A DNA stretch of 64,000 bases from an uncultured Bacteroidota bacterium (lineage in GTDB: Bacteria > Bacteroidota > Bacteroidia > 2-12-FULL-35-15): positions 2,543 through 66,542 of the forward strand of contig CAINDA010000061.1 of NCBI GenBank assembly GCA_903847205.1. Reading direction: 5' to 3'. Positions within the stretch are counted from its first letter, which is position 1, and every line of letters starts with the position of its first letter. The notes below the pieces were generated by a model. The model was not told where the DNA came from. It did not search any database and saw only the letters and a list, made by a program, of their open reading frames with translations. Below, one piece after another: positions 47,270 to 56,686 of the stretch. A program made the translations under genes and the position numbers.

Positions 47270-48421
47270 CTACTCTTTAATAAACTTCTGCACTGCTTTA
47301 GAATCACTGGAAGTAAGCACAACAAAATAAATCCCTTTCGGCAGCATCGAAACATCGTTGTCTGCATTGTTTTCCAATGAGGCAATTGTTTCGCCCAAAA
47401 CATTTTTCAGTTCAATACTTTTTATTTTTTCTTTCGGGACAGAACTGGAGAAGTATATAAAATCATGCGAAGGGTTTGGATAAACAGAAATAACATTTTG
47501 GCTGCCTGAAATTTCTTTGATGCCGTTCGGGTTCATATTCCAGCCTATATCTTTTAAAATTCCTATACATATAGGCCCCGGGTTATGCAGTGAATAGCCG
47601 GTGGAGCCATTCGGAGTCATAAGCTCATTCGGATTTCCATCGGGATAAGTTGCTTCATTCAAATGTGTGATGCTGGAGCCCAAAGAAAAAGCTCCGGGAG
47701 CATTTATTCTTGGCTTTACTCCTGCGTTTGCTGCCATTGCATTAGGGCCGTTGAAATAAACGGCGTTGCTGATAAACTTTGAACCTAGCGTTACTGAAGG
47801 ATTTGGAATGGTATCTAATGTCTGCCCGGTATTAGTAACCAAATAGCGGTCGAAAGCCGAAGGCATTGTATCCAGATTCGGCCATGGGTAAGAAGTAGTG
47901 AGCGGTGCAAAGTCAGATGCAAGAAGCATCCCGAATGAACCGGAAGTACCCGTCCTTTTTGCAAGGCTTATAAAGCCGAGCCCGTGACAGAGCTCATGTA
48001 TTGCAATTGTTGCAAAATCGTACTGGCCTGCAGGTACTGTTCCTGTTGAATCGAAATACCACGCAACTGTACTGTTGAGATACATTTCAATATCCACTTC
48101 GCCGGTATTCAGTTCATGCCCTGCAATAGCATTCGCAAGCGCTGTGGAATACCATGTATCAGTGAGCGGGGCGCCTGCAAAATTCTTTCTTCCATTCGGA
48201 AAAGTAATGCCTAATAAACCCGATGGAAGAGGTGTATAATGTACGAGAACTTTAATTGGAACAGTTGACACAAGAGTGTTCGCCCATACGCCGGCAGCGT
48301 ATTGATAAGCGGCCTGTGCCTGTGCTGTAAAGCCGGTATTGGTAATAGTGAAAGAAGCTGTCTGCGCATTTGCGGCGATTGAAAAACAAAAAATAAACAG
48401 GGACAGGTATAATTTCTTCAT
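47270..48421 (-). CDS. T9SS-secreted zinc-dependent metalloprotease-like protein
   Basis: YDFATIAIHELCHGLGF (HExxH), GSSITHLNE, LMTP and ILKDIGW; CTD VYPNPS...KGIYF...KFIKE. Confidence 0.85.
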   Translation of the reverse strand: MKKLYLSLFIFCFSIAANAQTASFTITNTGFTAQAQAAYQYAAGVWANTLVSTVPIKVLVHYTPLPSGLLGITFPNGRKNFAGAPLTDTWYSTALANAIAGHELNTGEVDIEMYLNSTVAWYFDSTGTVPAGQYDFATIAIHELCHGLGFISLAKRTGTSGSFGMLLASDFAPLTTSYPWPNLDTMPSAFDRYLVTNTGQTLDTIPNPSVTLGSKFISNAVYFNGPNAMAANAGVKPRINAPGAFSLGSSITHLNEATYPDGNPNELMTPNGSTGYSLHNPGPICIGILKDIGWNMNPNGIKEISGSQNVISVYPNPSHDFIYFSSSVPKEKIKSIELKNVLGETIASLENNADNDVSMLPKGIYFVVLTSSDSKAVQKFIKE

Positions 48422-48496
48422 GAGATTTTTTTTAATGAAATTAGCAATAAATTTCGGATTTGTAAATAACAGTTCAAATAGTACAAGGCTGTACCA

Positions 48497-50650
48497 TCAA
48501 TTATTAACTTCGCTGTACTGCCCGTTCTTCTCCAGATAAGCCAATGCCAGCCTTATTTTATGATAGTCAATCTGGCCATTTAAAAAATCAAAAACCGTTT
48601 TCAGTTTCTGAACTTTCCCGATACTTTTTAAAGTAGTTTTTACATGGTTGATTTCTTCCATGCTCACAAACTGATCAATACTTGTAATGTCGCCGTTCAT
48701 GTATAGATGAGCTATGTGAGAATAAATAGTTGCCGCACTTAAATTCCGTTTCAGTGCAATCTGCCCGGGAAGAAAATGCTGCTTGTAAAGCTGAAGTGTT
48801 TCTTCGTAAGTGCTGGCTTTAGGCGCTTTTGCCGAAATGCCGTAACACATTTCATGAATAAGCGTCAGGAAGGCCTGCCCGTATTTTTCAAATTTATGCT
48901 GCCCTACTCCGGAAACGGCAAGCATCTCTTCTTCTGTTAAAGGCTTCTCCGAAGCCATTTCTCGCAATGTTGCATCACTGAAAATAATATATGCAGGCAG
49001 TTTTTCTGCGTCGGCAAACTGTTTACGAAGTTTGCGAAGTGCTTCAAACAGATTGCTGCCAGCGCCTGATTCAGCGTGAAGCTCTCGTTTTGATTTATGT
49101 GTTGCAGCAGGCTCAATAGTTTCAATTTTTTTAACCTGGGGCTGCACCAAATCAATTTTATGTTTACCCGATAATACTTCTTTACCCGGTTCGGTTACCT
49201 TTAAAGTGAATCCTTCATCGTAGGCAATTTCAATTAAACCAAGGTTCAGCATCTGCAGAATATACTGTTCCCAGTTTGCAAAGCTTACATCGGCTCCGGC
49301 ACCGTAAGTTTTTATTTTATTGTAGCCATGTTCAATCAGTTCGCCTTTTGTTGAACCTCTCAGAACATCTATCAGCATTGTTGTGCCGACCTTTTCTCCC
49401 ATACGCATCAATGCGGATAATGCTTTTTGAACAAGTATTGTCCCATCGAAATGTTTGCGCGGATTTTGGCAGACGTCGCAGTTACCGCAGTTTTCCTGCG
49501 GTGTTTCACCAAAATAACTCAGCAGAATTTTTCGCCTGCACATGTCTGCTTCAGCAAACTGCTGCATGCGTTTCAGCTTTTCTAAATTTATTTTAGCAAG
49601 ATTTCCTTCCTGCGCAAACTTGGTTAACAAAACCAAATCAGCAATGTTATAATAGAGTATTGTATCGCTGTCAACGCCGTCGCGCCCGGCTCTGCCGATC
49701 TCTTGGTAGTAGCCTTCAATATTTTTAGGAAGGTTAAAATGGATCACCCAGCGCACATTCGATTTATCGATACCCATTCCAAAAGCCACTGTAGCGCAGA
49801 CTACCAGAAGTTTGTCATTTATAAAATCGTCCTGTGTTTTGCTGCGCTCTTCGCCGGGCAGACCTGCATGATAACAGCCGGCTTTAATACCTTTTGCACG
49901 GAGTGCTGCTGCAACTTTTTCGGTTGTCTGCCTGCTCAGGCAGTATATAATTCCCGCTTCATTTTTGCGCCTTGCAATAAATGAAATAATATCTTTAATA
50001 CGCTCTTTCGGTTTTATACCCGCCTTAACGGAAAGGCTTAAATTAGGCCGGTTGAAGGATGCAACAAATATTTCAGGGCTGGGTAAATTGAGCTGTTTAA
50101 CAATATCCCGCCGTGTAGTTTTATCGGCAGTAGCTGTTAAAGCAATTACAGGAATTGCAGGAAAATGTTCTTTTAATAATTTCAGCTGTGTATATTCAGG
50201 CCTGAAATCATGCCCCCAGGAAGAGATACAGTGTGCCTCATCAATAGCAAATAAATGAACAGGTAGTTTTTTCAGCAGGCGGTTCATTTCCTGCACCATC
50301 CTTTCGGGAGAAATATACAACAGCTTTATCTGCCCCTGGAGGCAGCGCGTAATAATATTTTCTTCTTCGCCGGAACTCAAACTGCTGTTGAGATATGCTG
50401 CAGGAATATCATTGGAATTAAGCGCATCCACCTGATCTTTCATCAATGAAATTAAAGGAGAAACTACAATACATAATCCGGGTAATATCAATGCCGGTAT
50501 CTGAAAACAGACTGATTTTCCTCCGCCAGTAGGCATAAGCACAAGCGCATCTTTATTATCCAGCACACATTGAATTACTTCAGCCTGCATAGGGCGGAAC
50601 TTATCATAACCGTAATGTTTTTTGAGTAAAGACGCTGCCTGCGAAATCAT
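48497..50650 (-). CDS. recQ: ATP-dependent DNA helicase RecQ
   Basis: MPTGGGKS, AIDEAHCISSWGHDFRPEY, ALTATAD, YYQEIGRAGRDG, Zn/RQC region CRR..CGNCDVC, HRDC domain (PAYIIFSDATL) and a C-terminal HTH. Confidence 0.97.
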   Translation of the reverse strand: MISQAASLLKKHYGYDKFRPMQAEVIQCVLDNKDALVLMPTGGGKSVCFQIPALILPGLCIVVSPLISLMKDQVDALNSNDIPAAYLNSSLSSGEEENIITRCLQGQIKLLYISPERMVQEMNRLLKKLPVHLFAIDEAHCISSWGHDFRPEYTQLKLLKEHFPAIPVIALTATADKTTRRDIVKQLNLPSPEIFVASFNRPNLSLSVKAGIKPKERIKDIISFIARRKNEAGIIYCLSRQTTEKVAAALRAKGIKAGCYHAGLPGEERSKTQDDFINDKLLVVCATVAFGMGIDKSNVRWVIHFNLPKNIEGYYQEIGRAGRDGVDSDTILYYNIADLVLLTKFAQEGNLAKINLEKLKRMQQFAEADMCRRKILLSYFGETPQENCGNCDVCQNPRKHFDGTILVQKALSALMRMGEKVGTTMLIDVLRGSTKGELIEHGYNKIKTYGAGADVSFANWEQYILQMLNLGLIEIAYDEGFTLKVTEPGKEVLSGKHKIDLVQPQVKKIETIEPAATHKSKRELHAESGAGSNLFEALRKLRKQFADAEKLPAYIIFSDATLREMASEKPLTEEEMLAVSGVGQHKFEKYGQAFLTLIHEMCYGISAKAPKASTYEETLQLYKQHFLPGQIALKRNLSAATIYSHIAHLYMNGDITSIDQFVSMEEINHVKTTLKSIGKVQKLKTVFDFLNGQIDYHKIRLALAYLEKNGQYSEVNN

Positions 50651-50770
50651 GATTATGTTTTAATTCCAATGATTATTGGATTAATAAATTATAGAATTAC
50701 AAAGTTAAAAAATTATGGGGGATGAGGCTTGGATTAGAGATCAAATATTCTTATTGACCCATATAACAGC

Positions 50771-50805
50771 TAGACCTGACAGGTTTTTAAAACCTGTCAG
50801 GTCTA
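50771..50805. repeat. REP-like perfect inverted repeat
   Basis: tagacctgacaggtttt-t-aaaacctgtcaggtcta (17-bp arms). Confidence 0.8.
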
Positions 50806-50852
50806 ATAGTAAAACACTTCGCCCCTCATAAAAAACAATTGCGAATTTTATT

Positions 50853-52064
50853 TCATTGCTTTATGTCATTCAAATTTTTCGCCAGGCAATAACCCATGCT
50901 GAAACATCCCTGAAGCAGATACCCTCCTGTAGGAGCGTCCCAGTCAAGCATTTCACCGATAACATAATGATTAGGCATTTTTTTTAATTGAAAAGTATTG
51001 TCAATTTCCTTCAATGAAATTCCGCCGGCAGTTGAAATGGCTTCATCAATAGGTGCTGCGGAGGTGACAACAAGAGGAACGCTTTTAATTTTTTCAGAAA
51101 GCAGATCTATGCTGGTAAACTCCTGCTTGTTCAAAATAGCCTTGAGCAGGGCTGATTGGACTTTGTTGATGTTCAATACATTTTCCAGATGGCTGCTTAA
51201 TGATTTATTTCCTTTGCCGTTTATTTTATTTTTTATTTCCAAAACAGTAAGCGAAGGTTTCAAATCTAAAAACAATTCAGCACTTCCATTTGCATGCAGC
51301 TGTTTCCTTATTGCGGGACTCAAAGCATACACCGCTCCGCCTTCCAGGCCGAATTTTGTAATTACGAGTTCGCCTTTTTTTTCGCGATCGCCGCATTTTA
51401 AGGAAATATTTTTTAATGATTTCCCTTCAGCAATTGCGATAAATTCTTTGCTCCATTTTATTTCATAAGCGCAGTTAGAGGCTTCAAAGGGTGTGATTTC
51501 AACATCTTTATTTTTAAAAAACTCAGTCCAGCTTCCGTCAGAACCTGTTACTTTCCAGCTGGCACCGCCTAAAGCAAACACAGCTACATCTGCTTTTACC
51601 GCTTCAGTTTTATTATTTGTTTCGAAAACAAGTTTATCAGCATCCCAGCCTTTCCAATTAAATTGTGTTTTTAGCAGAACATTTTTTTTCTTCAATTCAT
51701 TTAAAACAGCATTCAGCACATCAATTGGTTTTATGCCCTTAATGGGAAATACACGTTTGCTGCTTCCGATAAATGTTTCAATGCCTATCTTCGACAGCCA
51801 GCTTCGCAAATCATTATTCGTAAATGATGAAATTATATTTTCAAAAAAAGAAGAGGGTGTATAACGCGAAATGAACTGCTCCGTATTTTCTGAATGTGTT
51901 AAATTAAAACCACCGTCGCCGGCTACTAAAAATTTTCTGCCTGCTGAAGCATTCTTTTCGTAAATGGTAACATCAAACTTTTGCTCATCGAGGTTTGCGG
52001 CAAGCATCAGTGCTGCTGGCCCGCCTCCTATTATTGCGATGGATTTCTTTGTTTTATTTTCCAA
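50853..52064 (-). CDS. HI0933/BaiN-family NAD(P)/FAD-dependent flavoprotein (TIGR03862-like)
   Basis: IIGGGPAALM, GRKFLVAGDGGFNLTHSE, GSSKRVFP, ALGGASW, EAISTAGG and GEMLDWDAPTGGYLLQGCF. Confidence 0.92.
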   Translation of the reverse strand: MENKTKKSIAIIGGGPAALMLAANLDEQKFDVTIYEKNASAGRKFLVAGDGGFNLTHSENTEQFISRYTPSSFFENIISSFTNNDLRSWLSKIGIETFIGSSKRVFPIKGIKPIDVLNAVLNELKKKNVLLKTQFNWKGWDADKLVFETNNKTEAVKADVAVFALGGASWKVTGSDGSWTEFFKNKDVEITPFEASNCAYEIKWSKEFIAIAEGKSLKNISLKCGDREKKGELVITKFGLEGGAVYALSPAIRKQLHANGSAELFLDLKPSLTVLEIKNKINGKGNKSLSSHLENVLNINKVQSALLKAILNKQEFTSIDLLSEKIKSVPLVVTSAAPIDEAISTAGGISLKEIDNTFQLKKMPNHYVIGEMLDWDAPTGGYLLQGCFSMGYCLAKNLNDIKQ

Positions 52065-52120
52065 TTGGCATTAATCAGATTTTGGTGTTTTTTTATTAAC
52101 GGTTTTGTACTTTTTTTATT

Positions 52121-52217
52121 TCAGGGCTAAAGCCCTTTATCAGCAGGTTTTTGAATAACCCCGCCTTTAAAGGCGGGGTTACATCGAAACCAAGAACAGG
52201 GGGACTTTAGTCCCTGA
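52121..52217. repeat. Compound REP-like element (outer GGGCTAAAGCCC-type arms around a perfect inner palindrome)
   Basis: tcagggctaaagccc ... taaccccgcctttaaaggcggggtta (52156-52181) ... gggactttagtccctga. Confidence 0.75.
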
Positions 52218-52339
52218 GCGTAAAAAATACCGAACCATTTTTTATCGCAATTGCACTTAAACTAATCTTTGAGAATAACTTTCAGTTTTAAAATATTTGT
52301 AAAACAGTTTATAGTCAATCAAGGTGAAACGGCTCTGTT

Positions 52340-55222
52340 TTATTGATAATAAACGCAGTTAAACTCTTTCAGAAAAACATTTTTTTTCGTCTGATTCATT
52401 ATAAATAATTTAATTTCATCACCCGGAAAAATACTCTTTTCAGTTTCAAAAAAGCAGAAAACTTTTTGATAGGTATTGTCTTCTATTAAATATTTGTTGA
52501 GGGCAAAATACTTCTGCTCTTCCCTGCCGTCTTTGTGTTTTATAGAACATACTGCAACCGCATTAGCCCCTTTTGCGGTTCTTAATTTTACAAAACCGTA
52601 AATGTTTTTTTTCATAAGTTTTATAGGATCTATCAATTCTGACTTTGAATAAGGATTCTGTTTTGAATTTAAGATCATTGAATAATCATTGTTTGTAGTG
52701 TCGATGAACTTCTTATCAGGAAATACGGAGTTATAAAGATCGTCAAAAAGCAATTTTGTGACGGGTTTATTCATATTGCTTATACTCATACTTCCTGATT
52801 TAACAGATTGCACTTTGTCTGCGCTGTTATAATTTATTGAATGTAAAAATTCGGGAGAATTATAAAAATTTCCCCATGAATAATTTAGAATAACCGGCTG
52901 AATTGTGTCGCACAAATTCCAGAAATCTCTATAGTTAGATTTACTGCTAAAGTCAGATTTGAATTGTTTTGTTTTTTGATTTTTATCTGTAAATGTAAAC
53001 GTGTTTTCACTTGTAGAATTAGTGTGTTGAGCGTTTGTTTTCATTAAAAACAGAAGGGATATTGAAAACAGGGTGAGAAAAACACATAATAAAAGTTTTT
53101 TGCTTTTAAGTAAGCGGCATAAAAAAACTAAAGTAATAAGTATGATAAACAAGGCACCATAACTTATCATTAACGAATATTCAAATACAGGATCAGCATA
53201 AATAAATTCGACAGTGTGTTTTCCTTTTGTCAGCTCCACCGACATTAATAATGATGCATTCCATAATAAAGCAGCTGGCTTGCTGTCAATTTCGGCACTC
53301 CAGCCATTGTAATAGCTTTGCTGCAGATTTAAAACAAGATCTTTTTCGGCATCACAATGAACAACTATATGAGTTGGATTATACTCTGAATATTTATATT
53401 CAGCCTCGGCATTTCGAAAGTGAAATGAGCTTTCAAGCCTTTTTACCGTAGTATCAATATCTGATTTGATTAGATACTCTTCCGCATTTTGTTTCGAGAA
53501 ATATATAAAAGGATAACTTATTAAACTGTCTTTTAAATTAGGGCGATAATCACTCAAGGTATTATAATTGATAAAAGAAAAGGAGGTGTATTCATCATCG
53601 GGCATAGCTTGCTTTTTAAAGCAACCAGTGTTTTTCCAAAAGCCATTGACATAATTAAATTTTACTTTGTTAGCAGCAATGGCGTCTTTCGACGGTGCCG
53701 GGAAATAGGGTTGAAGTTTATTGAAATTCTCCTGATAAACGCCCGGTTTTACATTTGAAAAGGCTGTATATTGGCCATATATCAGGATAGTACAAGCCAT
53801 TTCAATGAAAGTGATCAGGTATAATCTTTTGCAGAATAATTTGAAATTTATTTTTGTATTGAGCAGTAATAAAGTCCCAGCTAAAATGGCAACTTGAAAA
53901 AGGCCGAAATAAAAGGCAATTTCATAAGGAGAGCTTTGGGTTATTCTATAGTTAAAGCTTTCGCTTTTAAAACCAAAAAAAGAAAAAGCCGGAGTTTTAC
54001 TAAATGAGAATATGGTTAAACACAGGGTTGTTAACAAGAAGCCGCCAAGCAGCTCCAGTTTTATTTTTTGATTATAAAACAATTGTTTAAGAGAATATTT
54101 CCAGCTGCCCGCAAAATAAATTATAAGACATAACATTGCCGCAATCCTTATTAAGGAAGGGAAACGGAACAGATTAAAACCAGGAAAGACATAGTATAAA
54201 ATTTCCCTGACAGGGGTGTAATCGCCGAAAGAAGCGAAAAGAAAAAGTCCGGCGAAAAATAACAATACATACTCGTAAGCTGTTTTGTTTTTTTTTAATA
54301 ATGAAATGATAATTAACATTAATGGGATTAAGCCCATAAACAAGTTCCGCATACTCACATCGGTTTTAAATAAAGCATCATTCCCAATTGTTAGTATTGG
54401 ATTAATGCACGATACTAATGAAAACGGCGGGAACGGTTTAAACATAACATCCTCAAGAGATAAGCCGTTTAACCGCGAAACAAACGGCCTTGATTGTAAT
54501 TGAGAAATTAAAACAGGACTAAGCAGCAGCACTATAGAAATTATGATTAGGCAGCCAAACAGAATATGTTTTTGTAAAAGCCGCCTCTCTTTTTTCTTAA
54601 AATTTTGAATCAGCTTTAATACTAATAAACAGAAAAATACCGGCAGTATCATAAAGGCAAAAGCCTGATAGCCCATTGTAAACAATAAATAGAAAAAAAC
54701 AGCTGTCAGTAAACTTGTTTTGAGAGATGGCTCATCTAACCATTTTAGAAAGTATAAAATGACGTATGGCAGCCAGACTAATCCTAATATTGTTACTAAA
54801 GATTGGGAATGTGCTGTAAATAAACCGGATAAGATATAAACTGTTGCGATGTAAAAAGCAGGAAGAGAATTTTTTGAAACATATTTGATAAGCAGAAACA
54901 TTCCCAAACTTCCGAGATACAAATAGAACATATAAAGAATATGCAGTGTGGCGTAATCATAGCCCCGGGTTAAGCCGATAATGAATACTTCAATGTTCCA
55001 ATTAGTATATTGTAAATCGGCATGAGCAGGAAAACCAAATATTTGATATGGGTTCCACAATGGGAGCATACCATTTTGCAGACAGGAGCCTGCAAAATAT
55101 TTAGTCGGAAGTGCAACGTCAATGTTATCATACAATAAGGCGCTATGGAAGAATGTAAATGGCCAATAACAAAGCAGTACAACAAAAAGTAAATATATTT
55201 GAAATTTGTATTTTTGAAACAT
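52340..55222 (-). CDS. YfhO-like GT-C membrane glycosyltransferase family protein
   Basis: LPLWNPYQIFGFPAHAD, many TM helices, FNLFRFPS and SYYNGWSAEID...GKHTVEFIY. Confidence 0.8.
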   Translation of the reverse strand: MFQKYKFQIYLLFVVLLCYWPFTFFHSALLYDNIDVALPTKYFAGSCLQNGMLPLWNPYQIFGFPAHADLQYTNWNIEVFIIGLTRGYDYATLHILYMFYLYLGSLGMFLLIKYVSKNSLPAFYIATVYILSGLFTAHSQSLVTILGLVWLPYVILYFLKWLDEPSLKTSLLTAVFFYLLFTMGYQAFAFMILPVFFCLLVLKLIQNFKKKERRLLQKHILFGCLIIISIVLLLSPVLISQLQSRPFVSRLNGLSLEDVMFKPFPPFSLVSCINPILTIGNDALFKTDVSMRNLFMGLIPLMLIIISLLKKNKTAYEYVLLFFAGLFLFASFGDYTPVREILYYVFPGFNLFRFPSLIRIAAMLCLIIYFAGSWKYSLKQLFYNQKIKLELLGGFLLTTLCLTIFSFSKTPAFSFFGFKSESFNYRITQSSPYEIAFYFGLFQVAILAGTLLLLNTKINFKLFCKRLYLITFIEMACTILIYGQYTAFSNVKPGVYQENFNKLQPYFPAPSKDAIAANKVKFNYVNGFWKNTGCFKKQAMPDDEYTSFSFINYNTLSDYRPNLKDSLISYPFIYFSKQNAEEYLIKSDIDTTVKRLESSFHFRNAEAEYKYSEYNPTHIVVHCDAEKDLVLNLQQSYYNGWSAEIDSKPAALLWNASLLMSVELTKGKHTVEFIYADPVFEYSLMISYGALFIILITLVFLCRLLKSKKLLLCVFLTLFSISLLFLMKTNAQHTNSTSENTFTFTDKNQKTKQFKSDFSSKSNYRDFWNLCDTIQPVILNYSWGNFYNSPEFLHSINYNSADKVQSVKSGSMSISNMNKPVTKLLFDDLYNSVFPDKKFIDTTNNDYSMILNSKQNPYSKSELIDPIKLMKKNIYGFVKLRTAKGANAVAVCSIKHKDGREEQKYFALNKYLIEDNTYQKVFCFFETEKSIFPGDEIKLFIMNQTKKNVFLKEFNCVYYQ

Positions 55223-55307
55223 AAAGGTAGAAATTGAAATTAAATAAGTTGTGGTTCTTTAATTAGCAGCGTCAGATTCAAATTGTAAATTCAATGATGC
55301 CCATTTC

Positions 55308-56054
55308 CTATCCCTCAATATTGTCTTCTAAATACGAAGCCTCTTCGGTTTTAACAGAATCAGAAACTAAATTATTAATTATTTTTATTTCATCACTTGT
55401 CAAATAACGCCATTTCCCGCTGGCAATACCATCCAACCCAATATTCATAATCCGTATCCGTTTCAGCTTAGTAACATTGTATCCCAGCACTTCACACATT
55501 CTCCTGATCTGCCGGTTTAAGCCCTGCGTTAAAATTATTCTGAATTTGTTTTTATCAAGCGGTTCAACAAAACATTTTTGAGTTACTGTTTCTAATATAG
55601 AAACACCTTTTCCCATTTTTTTTATGAATTCATCCGTTATCGGCCTGTCGACAATAACTACATATTCTTTTTCATGATTGTTGCCGGCGCGTAAAATTTT
55701 ATTTACAATATCACCGTCGTTAGTTAAAAAAATTAATCCTTCTGAAGGCTTGTCTAATCTGCCGATGGGAAATATTCGTTTGGGATGGTTGATAAAATCA
55801 ATGATATTATCTTTATCTTTTAAATCAGTGGTGCAGGTAATGCCGGGCGGTTTATTAAAGGCTAAGTAAAGAGCTTCTTCTTTTGATTTTAAAGGACGGC
55901 CGTCAATTTCAACTTTATCTTCAGGGCTTACTTTTGTTCCCATCTCCGGCTTCTGCCCATTAATAGTAACTCTTCCGGCTTCTATCAGTTTGTCGGCCTC
56001 TCTGCGTGAGCAAAAGCCCGTTTCGCTGATAAATTTATTTATTCGTTTCTGCAT
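55308..56054 (-). CDS. rluF: 23S rRNA pseudouridine synthase F (start placed at MQKRINK)
   Basis: S4 domain [70 protein letters not shown] and [14 protein letters not shown]. Confidence 0.9.
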   Translation of the reverse strand: MQKRINKFISETGFCSRREADKLIEAGRVTINGQKPEMGTKVSPEDKVEIDGRPLKSKEEALYLAFNKPPGITCTTDLKDKDNIIDFINHPKRIFPIGRLDKPSEGLIFLTNDGDIVNKILRAGNNHEKEYVVIVDRPITDEFIKKMGKGVSILETVTQKCFVEPLDKNKFRIILTQGLNRQIRRMCEVLGYNVTKLKRIRIMNIGLDGIASGKWRYLTSDEIKIINNLVSDSVKTEEASYLEDNIEG

Positions 56055-56174
56055 ATATTCAAAACTAATAAAATTTTGCACATTAAATATTTTTACGAAT
56101 GTTCAATATTTTTTTAGTTCATATTAAACCTTATTAATATTCATTGGTCACAGATGCAAACAAAAAAATAAACC

Positions 56175-56594
56175 ATGAAAAAAATAATTTTAATTTCATT
56201 TGCAGCAGCACTTGTCTGCGCAAATAGTTTTTCCCAGGAAAAAAAAGCAGGACCGAAAACAGCCGAACAGCGGTCAGATCAGATGTTCGCGAAACTCGAC
56301 AATGAGTTATCATTTAATAATGATCAGAAAGTAAAAGTAAAAGAAGTGATTCTGAAACGAGAGCAGCAACGCGATGAGCTTCGAAAACAGTTTAAAAACA
56401 GCCATGATGAATTCAAGACTGCAAACAGGAAAAACATGAAGGAATCCAACGATGCACTAAAAGCCATGCTGACTTCCGATCAGAAAGCAAAGCTGAAGGA
56501 ATATAGAAAGGCCGCCAGACAGGAGCGGAAAAACAAAATGGGAAATTCTTCACCAGCCCCTAATGGACAAGACGCGCAGCCGAAAACTAAATAA
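56175..56594 (+). CDS. Periplasmic helical protein (Spy/CpxP- or DUF4890-like)
   Basis: Signal peptide; LSFNNDQKVKV and MLTSDQKAKL (LTxxQ motifs); highly charged. Confidence 0.7.
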   Translation: MKKIILISFAAALVCANSFSQEKKAGPKTAEQRSDQMFAKLDNELSFNNDQKVKVKEVILKREQQRDELRKQFKNSHDEFKTANRKNMKESNDALKAMLTSDQKAKLKEYRKAARQERKNKMGNSSPAPNGQDAQPKTK

Positions 56595-56628
56595 CGCAGC
56601 CTCTTACTTATTTTGATTATAATTTTTT

Positions 56629-56665
56629 AAACGTCCTGCCTGTTAATTCGGGCAGGACGTTTTTT
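56629..56665 (+). terminator. Intrinsic terminator
   Basis: aaacgtcctgcctg-ttaatt-cgggcaggacgtttttt. Confidence 0.75.
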
Positions 56666-56686
56666 GTATTAAATTCGCAGATAACT

